A stretch of 62,708 nt of DNA, filler included, from Rhabdomonas costata (lineage: Eukaryota), in the NCBI GenBank assembly GCA_019059605.1. It is 23 parts of 23 records of this genome, joined end to end, with 100 filler letters (N's around TTAATTAATTAA, not from the genome) between each part and the next. Parts side by side here need not be neighbours in the genome. Positions count along the whole stretch, not along the records: positions 60,094 to 62,708 come from JAHMHO010002620.1; 22 more parts are not named here. One strand, written 5' to 3'. The notes under the pieces are model-generated. The model did not search any database. It saw only the letters and a list, made by a program, of their open reading frames with translations, and was not told the DNA's origin. The position numbers were made by a program, and so were the translations under genes. Below, in pieces: positions 62,422 to 62,708 of the stretch. The number at the start of each line of letters is the position of its first letter. The first letter of the stretch is position 1.

Positions 62422-62708
62422 CTAATCATGTTTTAGAGAACAACTGGATGAAGCCTTCAGGTATTTCTTCACCACTTCGGCCATCTCCTTCGCCACAGTA
62501 GAGTCCACTCTGCGCACCTCCCTTGCCTCCAGCCAGCGCAGCACAGGAATTCGCTGGGAAGCGTCTGTGGTGGCTAAAACGTGGTATACCTTCCACGTCA
62601 TCACCGTCAAAAACACAGCGAGGGAAACGTCCAGGGTGTAGTGAAGCCGGGTCGCCACCACTGCCAAGCACCCAACGATGGTGAATATCAGCATGAAGAC
62701 CCACCACC
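62422..62708 (-). CDS. Sphingomyelin/inositol-phosphorylceramide synthase family (PAP2_C), 3' end
   Basis: VVATRLHYTLDVSLAVFLT carries the catalytic HYTxDV motif between TM helices, followed by ...VLRWLE...KHD*. Confidence 0.88.
   Translation of the reverse strand, partial: WWVFMLIFTIVGCLAVVATRLHYTLDVSLAVFLTVMTWKVYHVLATTDASQRIPVLRWLEAREVRRVDSTVAKEMAEVVKKYLKASSSCSLKHD

Noticed and set aside
1..62708. Most entries in the six-frame ORF track, and any operon-like system spanning contigs
   Set aside because: Most are shadow frames, intron read-through or microsatellite translations. Adjacent contigs are not known to be linked.
1..62708. rRNA, tRNA, snRNA or spliced-leader RNA genes
   Set aside because: None recognised by eye. 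An Infernal/tRNAscan run would be needed to exclude them.

Overview
This window is not a contiguous locus. It is 23 short contigs (mostly 2615-2633 bp, one 2913 bp) joined by 22 identical artificial 100-nt linkers (N44-TTAATTAATTAA-N44), so neighbourhood across linkers means nothing. The DNA is intron-rich eukaryotic nuclear genome of a flagellate: it has axonemal dynein and CFAP47. A euglenid is my inference from a TM-HAMP receptor motif, the surface proteins and CRE-like retroelements. Manual splicing, mostly GT-AG, recovers partial genes for a WD40 protein, DnaJ, DNA polymerase delta, a PHO80-type cyclin, calpain, surface proteins, an SGNH hydrolase, a TM-HAMP receptor, a SET methyltransferase, MTHFR, ELP4, a dynein heavy chain, an arylsulfotransferase-like protein, copine, CFAP47 and a sphingomyelin/IPC synthase. 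Also present are a frameshifted bacterial-style 27-aa LRR gene, a decayed GIY-YIG nuclease (possibly an N-terminal-endonuclease Penelope-like element), two RLE-type non-LTR retrotransposon ends and five 128-180-bp foldback elements. Contig ends show a G/T-only 5' bias consistent with degenerate-primer whole-genome amplification, so odd gene structures may be chimeras. No complete new biological system can be shown here. The best leads are the GIY-YIG element, the foldback elements and two genes that appear to lack their internal exons. All protein identities come from motif recognition, not database searches.
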